Assembly (NCBI RefSeq): GCF_006345805.1
Contig: NC_043022.1
Coordinates: forward strand, 24,614,001 to 24,678,000
Direction of reading: 5' to 3'
From: Octopus sinensis
Lineage: Eukaryota
Length of the DNA stretch: 64,000 nt
The notes beneath the pieces are model-generated. The model was not told the DNA's origin, did not search any database, and saw only the letters and a program-made list of their open reading frames with translations. Positions 12,980 through 24,560 of this stretch are shown here, piece by piece. The position numbers and the translations under genes are program-made. Positions within the stretch are counted from its first letter, which is position 1, and the number at the start of each line of letters is the position of its first letter.

Positions 12980-13480
12980 ATCAAAAGATATTAAACAGTT
13001 ATGTGAATATCGTTTTGCAAATATCAAACAGCTATGTTGACATCCAAAATATCAAACGGCTATGTTAATATCCAATATATCAAACAGCTAAATTAATATC
13101 TAAAATATCAAACGGCTATATTAATATCAGATATCAAATAATTATGTAAATATCTTTCGTATTAAAACAGCTATACAAATATCAGATATAAAGCAATATA
13201 CAAAATATCTGATATCAAAAGAGGGAAATAATTTTTGCAGATAAAATGCAGATTATCAAACTGTTATGCTAATATCCATATAACACGGTGAAAGATTATG
13301 CAAATAAAGATCTCGCATAGCAGCAAACAGTTATATGCAAATAGTTTTATATTAAACAGTTATGCAAATAACCTCTGGTAAAGTAAGCAGTTATGTCAGA
13401 CATCAAACATTTTACTTCTCTGAGCATCAAACATTAAACAGCTATGTAAATATCAATGATATCAAATACCTATGCGAACA
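12980..13480. repeat. Degenerate minisatellite, core atatcaaacagctatg, period ~23-28 bp
   Basis: Repeated atatcaaac(a/g)gcta units, most regular at 13020-13210. Confidence 0.8.
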
Positions 13481-14349
13481 AATTGGGTATAAAAACAAAT
13501 ATACCACGCACTGATTATAAAAAAAAAGTAAGGAAAAAAAGAAGAGGAAAGACAATCAAGCATCAAATCGCTTACGTCTCAAATGACAAAACAGTTGTAT
13601 GTATAAGTTAAAATACGAAAACAGTTTACGCCATATCAATGAACATCATCAGATAGTTTAATGATATCAAACAGCAACAGAAATAGCAAACAACCATTGT
13701 TAAAAGGAGAGATAGTGGATGCACAAAGGATATCAAACGCTCTCACAGAGAAGAATGGAATCCTAAGAAAGAGCGACAGCAGTAGACAGCAAGCGGCAGC
13801 TCAGGATACCGTTTCATTGAAGTTCATAAAATAGAACTAAACGAATTCAAGAGAATGGTGACAAAGGAGACAAGTGAATTAAACAGAAGCAGGCCGGATG
13901 GATTATTCATCGGAGTATCTTGAAAAGGAGTTCAATATTAAAGCAGAGGAGAGGACGGGGAAGAAGGAGGAATAGTAAATTAAGACAGAAACCTGATATG
14001 ATTTGAAGAGGTGTAGTGCATGGAGGAAAGAGGGAGAAAAAAAAGAGAGAGAGAGATCTAAATAACCTGTTTAGTAGGAATATTAAGATGTAGAGACGAA
14101 ATGTCAATTGTCTCCTTTTAAAGACTGAATTTGCTAGAGAAGGAAACAACTATTTATTTAAAGATGGAGAAAGCAATAATGGGGTTTCCAATAAAGAAAC
14201 AAGGCTTGAAATTTGAAGGAGGAGATTAGTCAGTTATCATCAACCGCGGTACCTGACTAGTACTGGGTTTTATTGATCCCAAAAGGATGAAAGATAATGT
14301 TAACTCTGGTGGTATTGGAATTTAAAACGTAAAGAGTTGAACAAAATAT

Positions 14350-14819
14350 CACAAAGCATTTTCTTCCAATATTTCAATGATTCTGCCAGTTTTGCCACCC
14401 TGAAAATAATAATAATTTTTTCCCCCATTTTGATACAACACCATCAATTTAACCCCCATGTGTCTATTTTATTGACCCTTGATGAATGAAAGGCAAAGTT
14501 GACCTCCACAAAGCATTTTCTTCCAATATTTCAATGATTCTGCCAGTTTGCCACCCTGAAAATAATAATAATTTTTTTCCCCATTTGGATACAACACCAT
14601 CAATTTAACCCCCATGTGTCTATTTTATTGACCCTTGATGAATGAAAGGCAAAGTTGACCTCCACAAAGCATTTTCTTCTAATATTTCAATGATTCTGCC
14701 AGTTTGCCACCATGAAAATAATAATAATTTTTTCCCCCATTTTGATACAACACCATCAATTGGACCCTCTGGTGTCTATTTTATTGACCCTTGAATGAAT
14801 GAAAGGCAAAGTTGACCTC
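14350..14819. repeat. Tandem triplication of a ~156-bp unit built from old SINE B (-) pieces
   Basis: Units start at 14350, 14507 and 14663 (cacaaagcattttctt...aaaggcaaagttgacctc) and are nearly identical. Confidence 0.92.
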
Positions 14820-15140
14820 AGTAGTATTTGAATTTAGAACATATGGGGCCAGAAGGAAAAATGCAAAGCATTTTTTTTACAACCTTCCAACAATTATTTC
14901 AGCTAGCTACCTTAAAAATAATGGTTTCAAATTTTGGCACAAGGCCAGCAATTTTGGGGGAAGGCATAAGTCGAGTACATCAGCTCCAGTACTCAACTGG
15001 TACTTATTTTATCAACATCAAATGGATAAAAGGCAAAGTCAACCTCAGCAGAATTTGAACTCAAATGTAAAGACAGGCATTTTGCCTGGGGTGCTAACAA
15101 TTCTGCCAGCTTGCTATCTTGTTGTTGTTGTTGTTATTGT

Positions 15141-15180
<40 letters not shown>

Positions 15181-16353
15181 TGATTGTTTCTCACAAGGAC
15201 TGAAATGTCAGGAGAAAGTTCCATCCACTTTAAGTGATTGGCACCACTGTATGCAACTGTCTACATCTGTTGCATACAGAAATGCTGAGAATCAGCATAT
15301 ATCTTGGACCAGGTACAAGACTGTCTCAGGCTACTTGACTGACAACAGGTTTCACACTTGAATCCAATTTGAGTTTGTTATATGTTGGAATCAGCCTCCA
15401 GCTGTTAAAACAAATTACTCCAAGAGAAAAAACAAAAAAAATCCATTCCACTATTACCAGTATGGAAGTGTGTGTGAACAGCAAAATAATGTAATAAGAT
15501 ATAAAGTTTAATACTGAAAGAGTGTGTTTATGAGGGCAAGGGAGATAGATATGCAGGGCTGTTATAGAATTACTAGTGGCTAGAATGTAGGATGCCAAAC
15601 AGAACATTACTGCGCACAGGGTACAAAAATGCTATTAAAAAAATATCAACAGGCATAGGAGGCTGAATTATAATTTAGCTTAGGGTGACAGGACGCTGAT
15701 GTGTGTACATTTTGGTGAAGGATTCCAATGTCATGCAACCGGAAATAAATCATCTGAGATGAAGGAGGTAGCGGGCAAGTTATGAATGAAATGCAAGGGA
15801 TAAACGTGAGAATTTAGGAACCAATTAATCCAGACAGACAAACAAACAAAGGAAAACAAACAAAATGAACAGAAAAAAAAAAAAATTTGCTAATGTTACA
15901 GCAAATATCTGATTAAAGAATGTGATGCATGAGATAATTATTCCATTCACTAACGAGGAACAATGACTAACAATAAACATGGGAAAGAACTCAACTAATA
16001 CAGATAGTGCTATTGTTCTCATTAACAATGCTATAATTTAGTGTCTATTCGACTAAAGTTAGTTCACAACTTGTCCCTCTCTCTATCAAATATGATATAA
16101 TATCCACACTGAAAACATCTGTCTTTTGTTGCACTGGACCAACTACTGGCCTACCTCTAAATACACACCACAAGCTAGGGCATCTATATGGTTCCTCAGG
16201 TGGCCAGAAATAGCATGTAGATCTCCCTAAATCATACCCTATATGAAAAAAAGGACACACTGAAAAATGTGTGTGTGTGTGTGTCTCACTCTCTTTTATT
16301 TATTTATTTATATATATATATTCAAAATAAGCAACAAGAATGACTCCGGTAAT

Positions 16354-16439
16354 TTGGTACGATCGTTTCGTACTACATCATTTTATTAAATGTTGTAAGT
16401 ATTACAACAGTTTTAAAATGCTGAGCACTCATCAGCCAA
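16354..16439 (-). ncRNA. Type I hammerhead ribozyme, canonical core, long stem II
   Basis: Minus strand reads UUGG-CUGAUGA-GUGCU...AGUAC-GAA-ACGAUCGU-A-CCAA. All core nucleotides are present, the cleavage triplet is GUA, and stem III is palindromic. Confidence 0.85.
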
Positions 16440-16507
16440 TTATAGAGGTTTTCCACTAATACAAAAATTTTCATATCAAGTGGCAACATTATAGAGAAGG
16501 TAGATAT

Positions 16508-16656
16508 GGATTTAAATTTTAAGAACATTTGAGGTAGTGGAGCCCATCAACTGATTATATATATATATATATATATAGTCAACACAAATAAATGAACATT
16601 GGATTTAATGTGGATTTAAATTTTAAGAACACTTGAGGTAGTGGAGCCCATCAACT

Positions 16657-16694
<38 letters not shown>

Positions 16695-16714
16695 AACTCA
16701 AATAAATGAACATT
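16508..16714. repeat. Tandem duplication (~104 bp) across the junction of two (TA)n-inserted elements
   Basis: ggatttaaattttaagaaca..tgaggtagtggagcccatcaactga (TA)n gtcaac.caaataaatgaacatt occurs twice. Confidence 0.9.
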
Positions 16715-16856
16715 AAAATTATCAATAACAAGGAATGCTTTAGTTTGATGCTCAGTAAAAGAGATAATTTTTGATGTTTCGAGCATAGCTCTTCATCGGA
16801 AAGGGAAAAGTCCAAAGAGGGAAGAAAAAAATCACCAACAGCAAGTATATAGTTAC
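16692..16856 (-). mobile_element. Penelope-like/retrozyme-type terminus with a minimal hammerhead (16768-16803)
   Basis: Minus strand reads UUU-CCGAUGA-A-GAGC-UAU-GCUC-GAAAC-AUC-AAA. Flanks are homologous to 22257-22421, and it sits next to (TA)n. Confidence 0.65.
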
Positions 16857-17493
16857 GAGAGATGACAAAGGAATAAAGGATTGTCTTCTGAACTTCATTA
16901 GCTCACAGCTGTTTCCACAATAAGATGTGGTGGACTCATCGCTGAGTAACTGAGTAACACCCTATAGTTTCATCAGACTCTCAAACATGAAGTGCAACAC
17001 ACACACACACACAAGATGAGTTTGTCATGGTGGGAATACTTTCCATCAGCACTGACTGGGGTTAAACTGTAAGATACTATAAGTAGTTGGGCCGCATAGA
17101 GACAGACATGCTCTACCAAGTCCAATTCAACCCAGACGCATTTAAAATCTGATAACCATGACATACAATGATCCCACTGTATAGAATCAGGCAGACACAG
17201 TCAAGATTAACACAACCATGCCTGACATAGCACTGATAAGAGGACCAGAATGTATGATGGTAATTAACTGGTTACTATCCCAATACCAAGTAGTATTTGA
17301 CAATATTTAAAAAGTTTAGTAAAATAATTAGCTTTCTTCATTATTATGCTGGTCTCTGAAATTAACTTAACATTCTTCTAATTTGTTATTTGTTTTAGTC
17401 ACTGGACTGTTGGGGCTACTGCTTGAAGGGTTTAGCTGATCATGTCCAGCCCAACATTTGGGTTTAATACATTTTATCAATATACAGGCACAG

Positions 17494-17710
17494 AAAGGCA
17501 GAAAGCTGGCAGAATCATTAGCACACAGGGCAAAATGTTTAGTGGCATTTCATCCATCCTTACAGTTTGGGTTCAAACTCTGCCAGGGTTGGTTTCGCCA
17601 TCCATCCTTTTAGGGGTCAGTAAAATAAGTACCAGTTGAACACTGGGGTTGATTTAATTGACCCAGCCACATCCCCAAACCTGCTGACCTAATACCAAAA
17701 TTCGAAACCA
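17494..17710 (+). mobile_element. SINE family B, diverged
   Basis: aaggcagaaagctggcagaatcattagcac...catccttttaggggtcagtaaaataagtaccag. Confidence 0.75.
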
Positions 17711-17724
17711 ATATATAAGCGCAG

Positions 17725-18058
17725 TCATTGTTGTGTGGTAAGAAACTTGCTTTTCAACCATGCAATCTACAGTTCAGTCCAACAGCACAACAACAGAGGC
17801 AAGTGTCCCTTCAACTATGGCCCCAGGCTGACCAAAGCCTTGAGAGTGGATTTAGAAGACGGAAACTTAAAGAAGCTAGTTGCATGTGTGTGTGTGTGTC
17901 TTTGTGTTTGTTATCCACCACCACTTGACAACCAGTGTTGGTTCATTTACATCCCAGTAGTTCGGCAAAAGAGACCAACAGAATAAGTACCAGGCTTAAA
18001 AATAAGTACTCAAGGCAGTGGCCCAACATAGCTGCAGTCTAATGACCAAAACAAATAA
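17725..18058 (+). mobile_element. SINE family A, diverged
   Basis: gtgtggtaagaaacttgctt...gaccaaagccttgagagtggattt...gaataagtaccaggctta. Confidence 0.8.
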
Positions 18059-18129
18059 GGGGCATAATGTACCACTTCATGTTACTTCATAATGAGCATA
18101 GGGCTGGTTTCTCTGGTATATATATGCTT

Positions 18130-18306
18130 CCCTGGACAGGACACCAATCTGTTACAGAGTTACTCATCATTACCAGCTGACTGAACAGGAGCAATGTGAA
18201 ATAAAGTGTCTTGCTCAAGAAAGCAATGCATCACTCAGTCCACGAATCAAAACCACAATCTTACGATCAGAAGTCCCACACCCTAACCACTAAGCCATGC
18301 ACCTTC
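18130..18306 (-). mobile_element. SINE family D (tRNA-derived), 5' part
   Basis: Minus-strand head gaaggtgcatggcttagtggttaggg with ttgagcaagacactttatttcac; same head as 43100-43407. Confidence 0.75.
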
Positions 18307-19271
18307 CACATATTGTTATGCCCAAGCAAAGTGTGTGTGTATGTGAGAGAGAGAGAGCGTGTGTGCACTGAGCTTAAGCAAAAAAAAAAAAAAAAGATTA
18401 TTCCCACTATCATTAAGAAATATTCGCATAAGATAAAGCAACAGCGAGGAGCTGAATGTGAATTACCAGTTTTGTGAGATAAGACTAGTGACTCAAACAG
18501 TTGCTGCTGTTATTGACCCCCCTAGGTCAACCCCGCTGGAGCAGAACAATGATAAAAAAAAAAGGTTAGTTTCAGACATGACCATCTCATCTTTTATTCA
18601 AAAATAAAGATATCTAATGACTGTATTATCCAACGAGAATAAGATGTAACTCAATTATAAAATACACACAAGTACAGTTTATTTACTGGGCCATAAAGGG
18701 CTTTAACCACAGCCCCCCAGTGGCTCTAGTAACAGAAACGCAATATAACTCAGCTGAAGGCCCAGTGGCTTAATGGCACAGTTGTCAACTATTTCAATAG
18801 AGAAGGAGGGGAAAACAACAACAACAATAACAATTATTATTATTATTATTATTATTATTATTGTTATTATTATATAAATAATACAAGTTGGGTATTATTT
18901 AGCTGGTTACACTATTCTAGTTTAGGATACTGACTCATTACAGTTTAAACTGGATAACATGTTTATCTAGAAACATTACTCTTCAAACCTTATATAAACT
19001 GAATGCATATCATCCACCACCATTATTGCCCTTTCTGTATATCCATCTAGTACTATCCCCCTCCCTCTCCACATATATATATATATATATATGGACACTT
19101 TTGATTACTACATTCTGGTGGACCCCCCCCCCCCCATTGCCTTTCGATGTTTAAAAACTAGCTTTATAGAATGTTATTTATTAATGTTTTCCACACATTA
19201 ATTTGTGAAAGGCTGAGTTATGTAAAATGCTAGAGAAAGAAATCTAGCTGTTTCTTGCAATACATACACAT

Positions 19272-19491
19272 ACTCTTTTACTCTCTTTTACTTGCTTCAG
19301 TCATTTGACTGTGGCCATGCTGGAGCACCGCCTTTAGTCGAGCAAATCGACCCCAGGACTTATTCTTTGTAAGCCTAGTACTTATCCTATCGGTCTCTTT
19401 TGCCGAGCCGCTAAGTTACAGAGACGTAAACACACCAGCAGCGGTTGTCAAGCGATGTTGGGGGGACAAACACATAGACACACAGACATAT

Positions 19492-19524
<33 letters not shown>

Positions 19525-19661
19525 AAAACATATATACGACGGGCTTCTTTCAGTTTCCGTCTACCAAATCCACTCACAAGGCTTTGGTTGGCCCGAGGCT
19601 ATAGTAGAAGACACTTGCCCAAGGTGCCCAAGCTACTTACCACACAGCCACTCCTACACCT
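19272..19661 (-). mobile_element. SINE family A with a deletion in the head
   Basis: High identity to 10700-11094, but the box B region is missing near 19630. Confidence 0.9.
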
Positions 19662-20854
19662 ATGCAATTTTTTTTTTTTTTTTTGGTGGTGGTGGTGAGT
19701 TTAAAATTCTATGGTGGATCCTTAATTTACTATTATGTTGTTTGGACCCCACCCAAATCTTACATGAACCTTCAGGAGCCATATGGACCCTGATTGAGAA
19801 CCACTTGGTTAAACTAAGAGAGGGTGAAGGAGAACAAGTTCTAGCAGAGGATCAGCATGGTTACATATATATATATATAAATATGTAACAGGCTGGACAA
19901 TGGAAAAGTAGAACATGAATATGTTTAGACTGAAATTCATATACCTAACAGAAGTTCAAAGTATATGCTGAAGATCTTGCCTTGGAGTTACATACAGCAA
20001 CAGCAGACACCAAAGAAGACATATTTCGTATGAAAGCATAGCGAGTTAAAACACGACATTGTCTAGAGCCATTTTCCTTTTTCAGGTTGAGGCACTTTTT
20101 GATATGCAAGGGGTCAGGTTTGATCTGCCAAAAGCTAGACACCCTCAATTCATATCCTGATACTTAGAAAGCCTTCTTTGCTGTAAGTGGAGGACAAAGA
20201 TGTTTTGTTTTCATTTTTTTTTTAATTTATTTTTTTATTATTATTATTATTATTTAATAGGAAGTTTTGTGTGTTCTGTTACCATGTGTCATATTCTATG
20301 CACAAAGTAAAGACACCAATACTGAACCGGAGTAAAATAATACCCCACACCCACCTCTGCTTACATTAGGCAACAATAGAAACTATTCTTATGTAGCAAG
20401 ATTTGATAATCTAAAATACATTTCTGGAAAAAGTGAAAAAAAAAAGAAAACAAAAGAAAAGAAAACAACAGAACGAAACAAAAAGAAAACAACAACACAA
20501 AAACCTACTTTGCTATCAATTTCCAAGCCCCAAAGGTGATAAAACACTAAGAAAATATTAAACAAAACTAACAACAGCAAAAGCGGTGAGATTCTGTCTA
20601 AAAATGATATCTTCTTACTGGAAAACATGCAATATAATTGAAGTCCATGCAGAAATTCAATAATTCTAATTTCTATGCAACAACCATTTTTGCATATAAA
20701 ATAAAAATATATGCGATGGAGGAGCAGGTTTTGTAGGATGTGGTGGGTTATGAACATGGAGAGCTAGCTGAGACAGTTAATTTGGATATGACCAAAATAT
20801 AACTGAACGTACATGCACACACACAAACTAGTGAGTAAGATAAAAGACAGTGTG

Positions 20855-20930
<76 letters not shown>

Positions 20931-20970
20931 ATACATGATAGCATGTGTGTGTGTGTATGCATGTGTGTGT

Positions 20971-21007
<37 letters not shown>

Positions 21008-21862
21008 GAAGCCATGAGGTTAGGACTTATCTAAAGATAGATTGTGTGATTAGTAGAAATTACAACTCCTCAAGCATATGAGAGAGGGGGAGGGAGGGGG
21101 AGGGAGGGGGAGATGGGGGAGGGAGAGAGATAAGGAGAGGGGGAGGGAGAGAGAGAGAACATAACCAATACTGAAGAACCAAAGAACAGGACTTTCTTGT
21201 TTCACTCAAAAAAAAATGTAAAACAAACAAATAAAAATCAATATGATAACTGAAACAAAACCATGGTTAATGCTCCTGAAACCTTATTTATTTTCTTGCA
21301 GGAGTGCCTTTGACCCAAATAAGAAGCATCTATCTAATTCAAAACAACAATAATCCAAAATGATTCCAGAGAAAACATGATATGGTAATATTTATAGTCT
21401 TGTAATTTAACTGTATCCAAGGATAGCATTAAGGAGAAGAGGCACTGCAAAAGTCCTGAAGGAAAGAGAAAGAGAGAGAGAGAGTGTGTGTGCGCGTGTC
21501 TTTTTACATATCCATATCCCTGACATGTAATTGCCGGGTCAACTTGAGATATCCAGATTATTTTGATTATATTCCCTGATCATTGTACATAAATAGATAA
21601 GATATTAGTGCAAATCCAGGCTGGCAAAACACGCACACGTGTATACATCAATATTTATTTATCTATAGACCAATGCTTACTTAATTATCAAAAGATATAT
21701 ATAAAACTGCACTCTGATCAAACTGAAAGGTACTTCAGCTTCAACTGTCTCTATCTTTTTTTTTAATTCCACTTTTCAAGCAATATACCTAGGATTATGT
21801 TAAGTGCACATTTTAAAAAGCAGTAAAATGCAATTTACTGAATTTATATATATATATATATA

Positions 21863-22245
21863 TCTATATATAAAGGCAGTTTGTCTGTGTGTGTGTCTGT
21901 GTGTCTGTTAGGTTGTATCCTCACCCTGACCACGGCTTTCAACCGATTCTGATGAAACTTGATATACACATAGCCCAATGTCATAATTCAAAACTAACGC
22001 AGCGAAAATTTTGAAAAGTTCCCCCAGTTCTGAAAAAAATCGATAAATTCGACATGGGGTCGAGAATCAGAAACACAAACCACAGACTGTCTAGGGGACG
22101 CAACTCGACCTTTTTTACTCTCAAAAAAAAATTTACCATCATTTTTTTTTTCCATTTTTTTTGCTATTTTTTGGCTATAACTCTCTAAAAATGCTTTATA
22201 GTTATTTCCCTTACAAACCCGAGCAACGCCGGGTGATACTGCTAG
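21863..22245 (+). mobile_element. Non-autonomous Helitron
   Basis: A|TC start, cccgagcaacgccggg hairpin and CTAG|T end. Near-identical to 9460-9875. Confidence 0.82.
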
Positions 22246-22256
22246 TATATATATAA

Positions 22257-22421
22257 AGTTAATCCAAGCACAAAAAAACACAACACGAGGACGGAAAGAA
22301 GGAAGGTTTAACGTTTTGAGCGGAGCTCTTCGTCAGAAACATAGGAAAAAGAAAGATCCAAAGAAGGGAAGACGGGGAGGGAAAAAAATCGCCAATGGTA
22401 CACATGCGGTCACATTTTGAA
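22257..22421 (-). mobile_element. Penelope-like/retrozyme-type terminus with a mutated minimal hammerhead (22306-22340)
   Basis: Minus strand reads GUUU-CUGACGA-A-GAGC-UCC-GCUC-AAAAC-GUU-AAAC, with GAAA changed to AAAA. Flanked by (TA)n. Confidence 0.65.
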
Positions 22422-22430
22422 TGTGAGGCT

Positions 22431-22485
<55 letters not shown>

Positions 22486-22489
22486 CCTC

Positions 22490-22715
22490 ACATGCCACTG
22501 GGCAGGTGGCATGTAAAAAGCACCCACTACACTCTTGGAGTGGTTGGTGTTAGGAAGGGTATCCAGCAGTAGAAACTCTGCCAGATCAAGACTGGAGCCT
22601 GATGCAGCCATCTGGCTCGCCAGCCCTCAGTCAAAATCGTCCAACCCATGCTAGCATGGAAAGTGGATGTTAAACGATGATGATGACGATGATGATGATG
22701 ACGACAATGATGATG
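22490..22715 (+). mobile_element. SINE family C (V-domain-like core, (GAT)n tail)
   Basis: gttggtgttaggaagggtatccagc...catgctagcatggaaagtggatgttaaacgatgatga. Confidence 0.8.
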
Positions 22716-22752
<37 letters not shown>

Positions 22753-23422
22753 TACATACATACATACATACAGAGAATCAAAATAATGATATACATGGTC
22801 AGCATAAATCATCAGGCAACTTTTTAGCAAGCATTGTAGATGTAAAAGGTTATATAAGACATGTTGTGGCTTTTTCATGGATGGAAAAGGTTACAAAGAA
22901 TTAAACAGAATACAAAACTTATAAATTATGAAGAAAAAAAAGATAAGAAAAATGGTTTTAGCAAAAGAATACCAAACAAAGATAAAAAAAAAAAAGAAAT
23001 GAGCTATAAAATTACTACAGAAGAAACACAGAAACATCTCCATTTACCAGTTCAAAAATCTAAAATACTTCAAAATTAAAACTAAAAGACAGAATATCTT
23101 AAACAACTTAACAAATGATTTTAAATGAAATAACCCTAATTACGTACATAACCTTTACTTGTTGGGATTAAAAACATTGTTGGAATATAAAACTGAACTG
23201 AATGTAATATGAGAGATTGAATTAAATGAAATATAAAAATCATAATTAATAGTGATTGAGCAGTATTGATACCAAAAGAGCAATCTTTATACCTAACTTA
23301 ATGTGGATACTGTGTTTGAAGACAGAATATTGTTATTCATCTTGAGCAGACCTCTCATATCGACTTATGGTGCTTAAAAGCATTCTTGATTTTTATATTG
23401 TTGACAGATGTTGTGATGTTCA

Positions 23423-23740
23423 GGCACGTAAAAAGCACCATCCAAATCGTGGCCGATGCCAGCGCCGCCTTGACTGGCTCCCATGCCGGTGGCACGTAAA
23501 ATGCACCAATCTGATTGTGGCCATTGCCAGCCTCGCCTGGCACCTGTGCAGGTGGCACATAAAAAGCACCCACTACACTCACAGAGTGGTTGGCGTTAGG
23601 AAGGGCATCCAGCTGTAGAAACACTGCCAGATCAGACAGGAGCCTGGTGCAGCCTTCTGGCTTCCCAGATCCCCGGTCGAAATGTCCAACCCATGCTAGC
23701 ATGGAGAACGGACGTTAAACAATGATGATGATGATGATGA
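23423..23740 (+). mobile_element. SINE family C with internal ~66-bp tandem units
   Basis: ggcacgtaaaaagcacc unit three times, then ggttggcgttaggaagggcatccagctgtagaaac and a (GAT)n tail. Confidence 0.85.
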
Positions 23741-24226
23741 CTATTAGTAATGGAAGAGCATCTTTTAGAAAGCAAATTAGGTCACAAACTTAGTTCCGTG
23801 AGAAATCTGAAAATTACACACACTCACTTATAACCAAACCAGTACCTCTCCCCAAAGCAAAGTCCGACCAGACTTGACACACCAAGAAATGTTATGATAA
23901 CCCAATATCTACAAAATGAAGTAAAGTGCTAACACACTTAATATAACCAGCATGATAACCTTATTTAATAAAGGTTCTGTACCTGTTTTGGGAAGAGGTA
24001 AACACTGTCAAACAAGAATTAAATAAAACAAACAACAGCATGGGAGACAACTCAAAATCAAAATGAGAAACTTTTTCTCAGTGCACCAGAGTCCCAATCA
24101 AACTGCCCCAAATTTTACTAAAAGCATATTTGGCTCCAGAACAGAGCTTAGAAAAGACAGTACTACATGAAAGTTGCGGGAGGCTTTCAAAAATTCAAGA
24201 GTAGCCTGCCACTAATTTAATAATAA

Positions 24227-24560
24227 TCTCTATATATATAAATGGCAAAATGTTTGCGTGCGTGTCCTTTATACAAATCCACAATTTTTCAGTTTGAGGG
24301 CTCGCACTTTCTATGGTCATTCAAAACCGTCCAAGGGTGGTCGTGCACATCATTACATTTCCTCAACCACCCCACAAAGTCGTGAAAATATCAATAGAAG
24401 TGACTTTTTTGTGAATTTTCTATCCAAAACCCAATCAAAACGCCCGAAACTTGATACGCCAATTGAATGCCAGCTAGCTGTATGTGATTGGTCGGAGATT
24501 TGGACAGTACTCGCGTGTATGTGCGCACACACGCAACTGTATATGCACGCACTAGCACTA
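24227..24560 (+). mobile_element. Probable Helitron-like element, 3' truncated
   Basis: 5' tctctatatatataaatggca...gtgcgtgtc resembles the start of the Helitron copies. CpG-rich body, but no clear 3' hairpin or CTAG. Confidence 0.4.

Noticed and set aside
13020-13210. CRISPR-like regularly spaced repeats
   Set aside because: The units are degenerate and contiguous, with no unique spacers or cas genes, in a eukaryotic context.
16530-16645. tgaggtagt (let-7 5' end) present twice
   Set aside because: The match stops after 9 nt, there is no hairpin, and the second copy comes from a local tandem duplication.
16901-16946. Possible further minus-strand hammerhead (GCGAUGA...GAA-ACAGCUGU)
   Set aside because: The palindromic stem III is suggestive, but C3/U4, H17 and the stem II closing pair are all broken. 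At best it is a decayed relic.
21086-21150. G-quadruplex-capable G-run cluster
   Set aside because: It is part of generic GA-rich low-complexity sequence that is common in this window, with no evidence of function.
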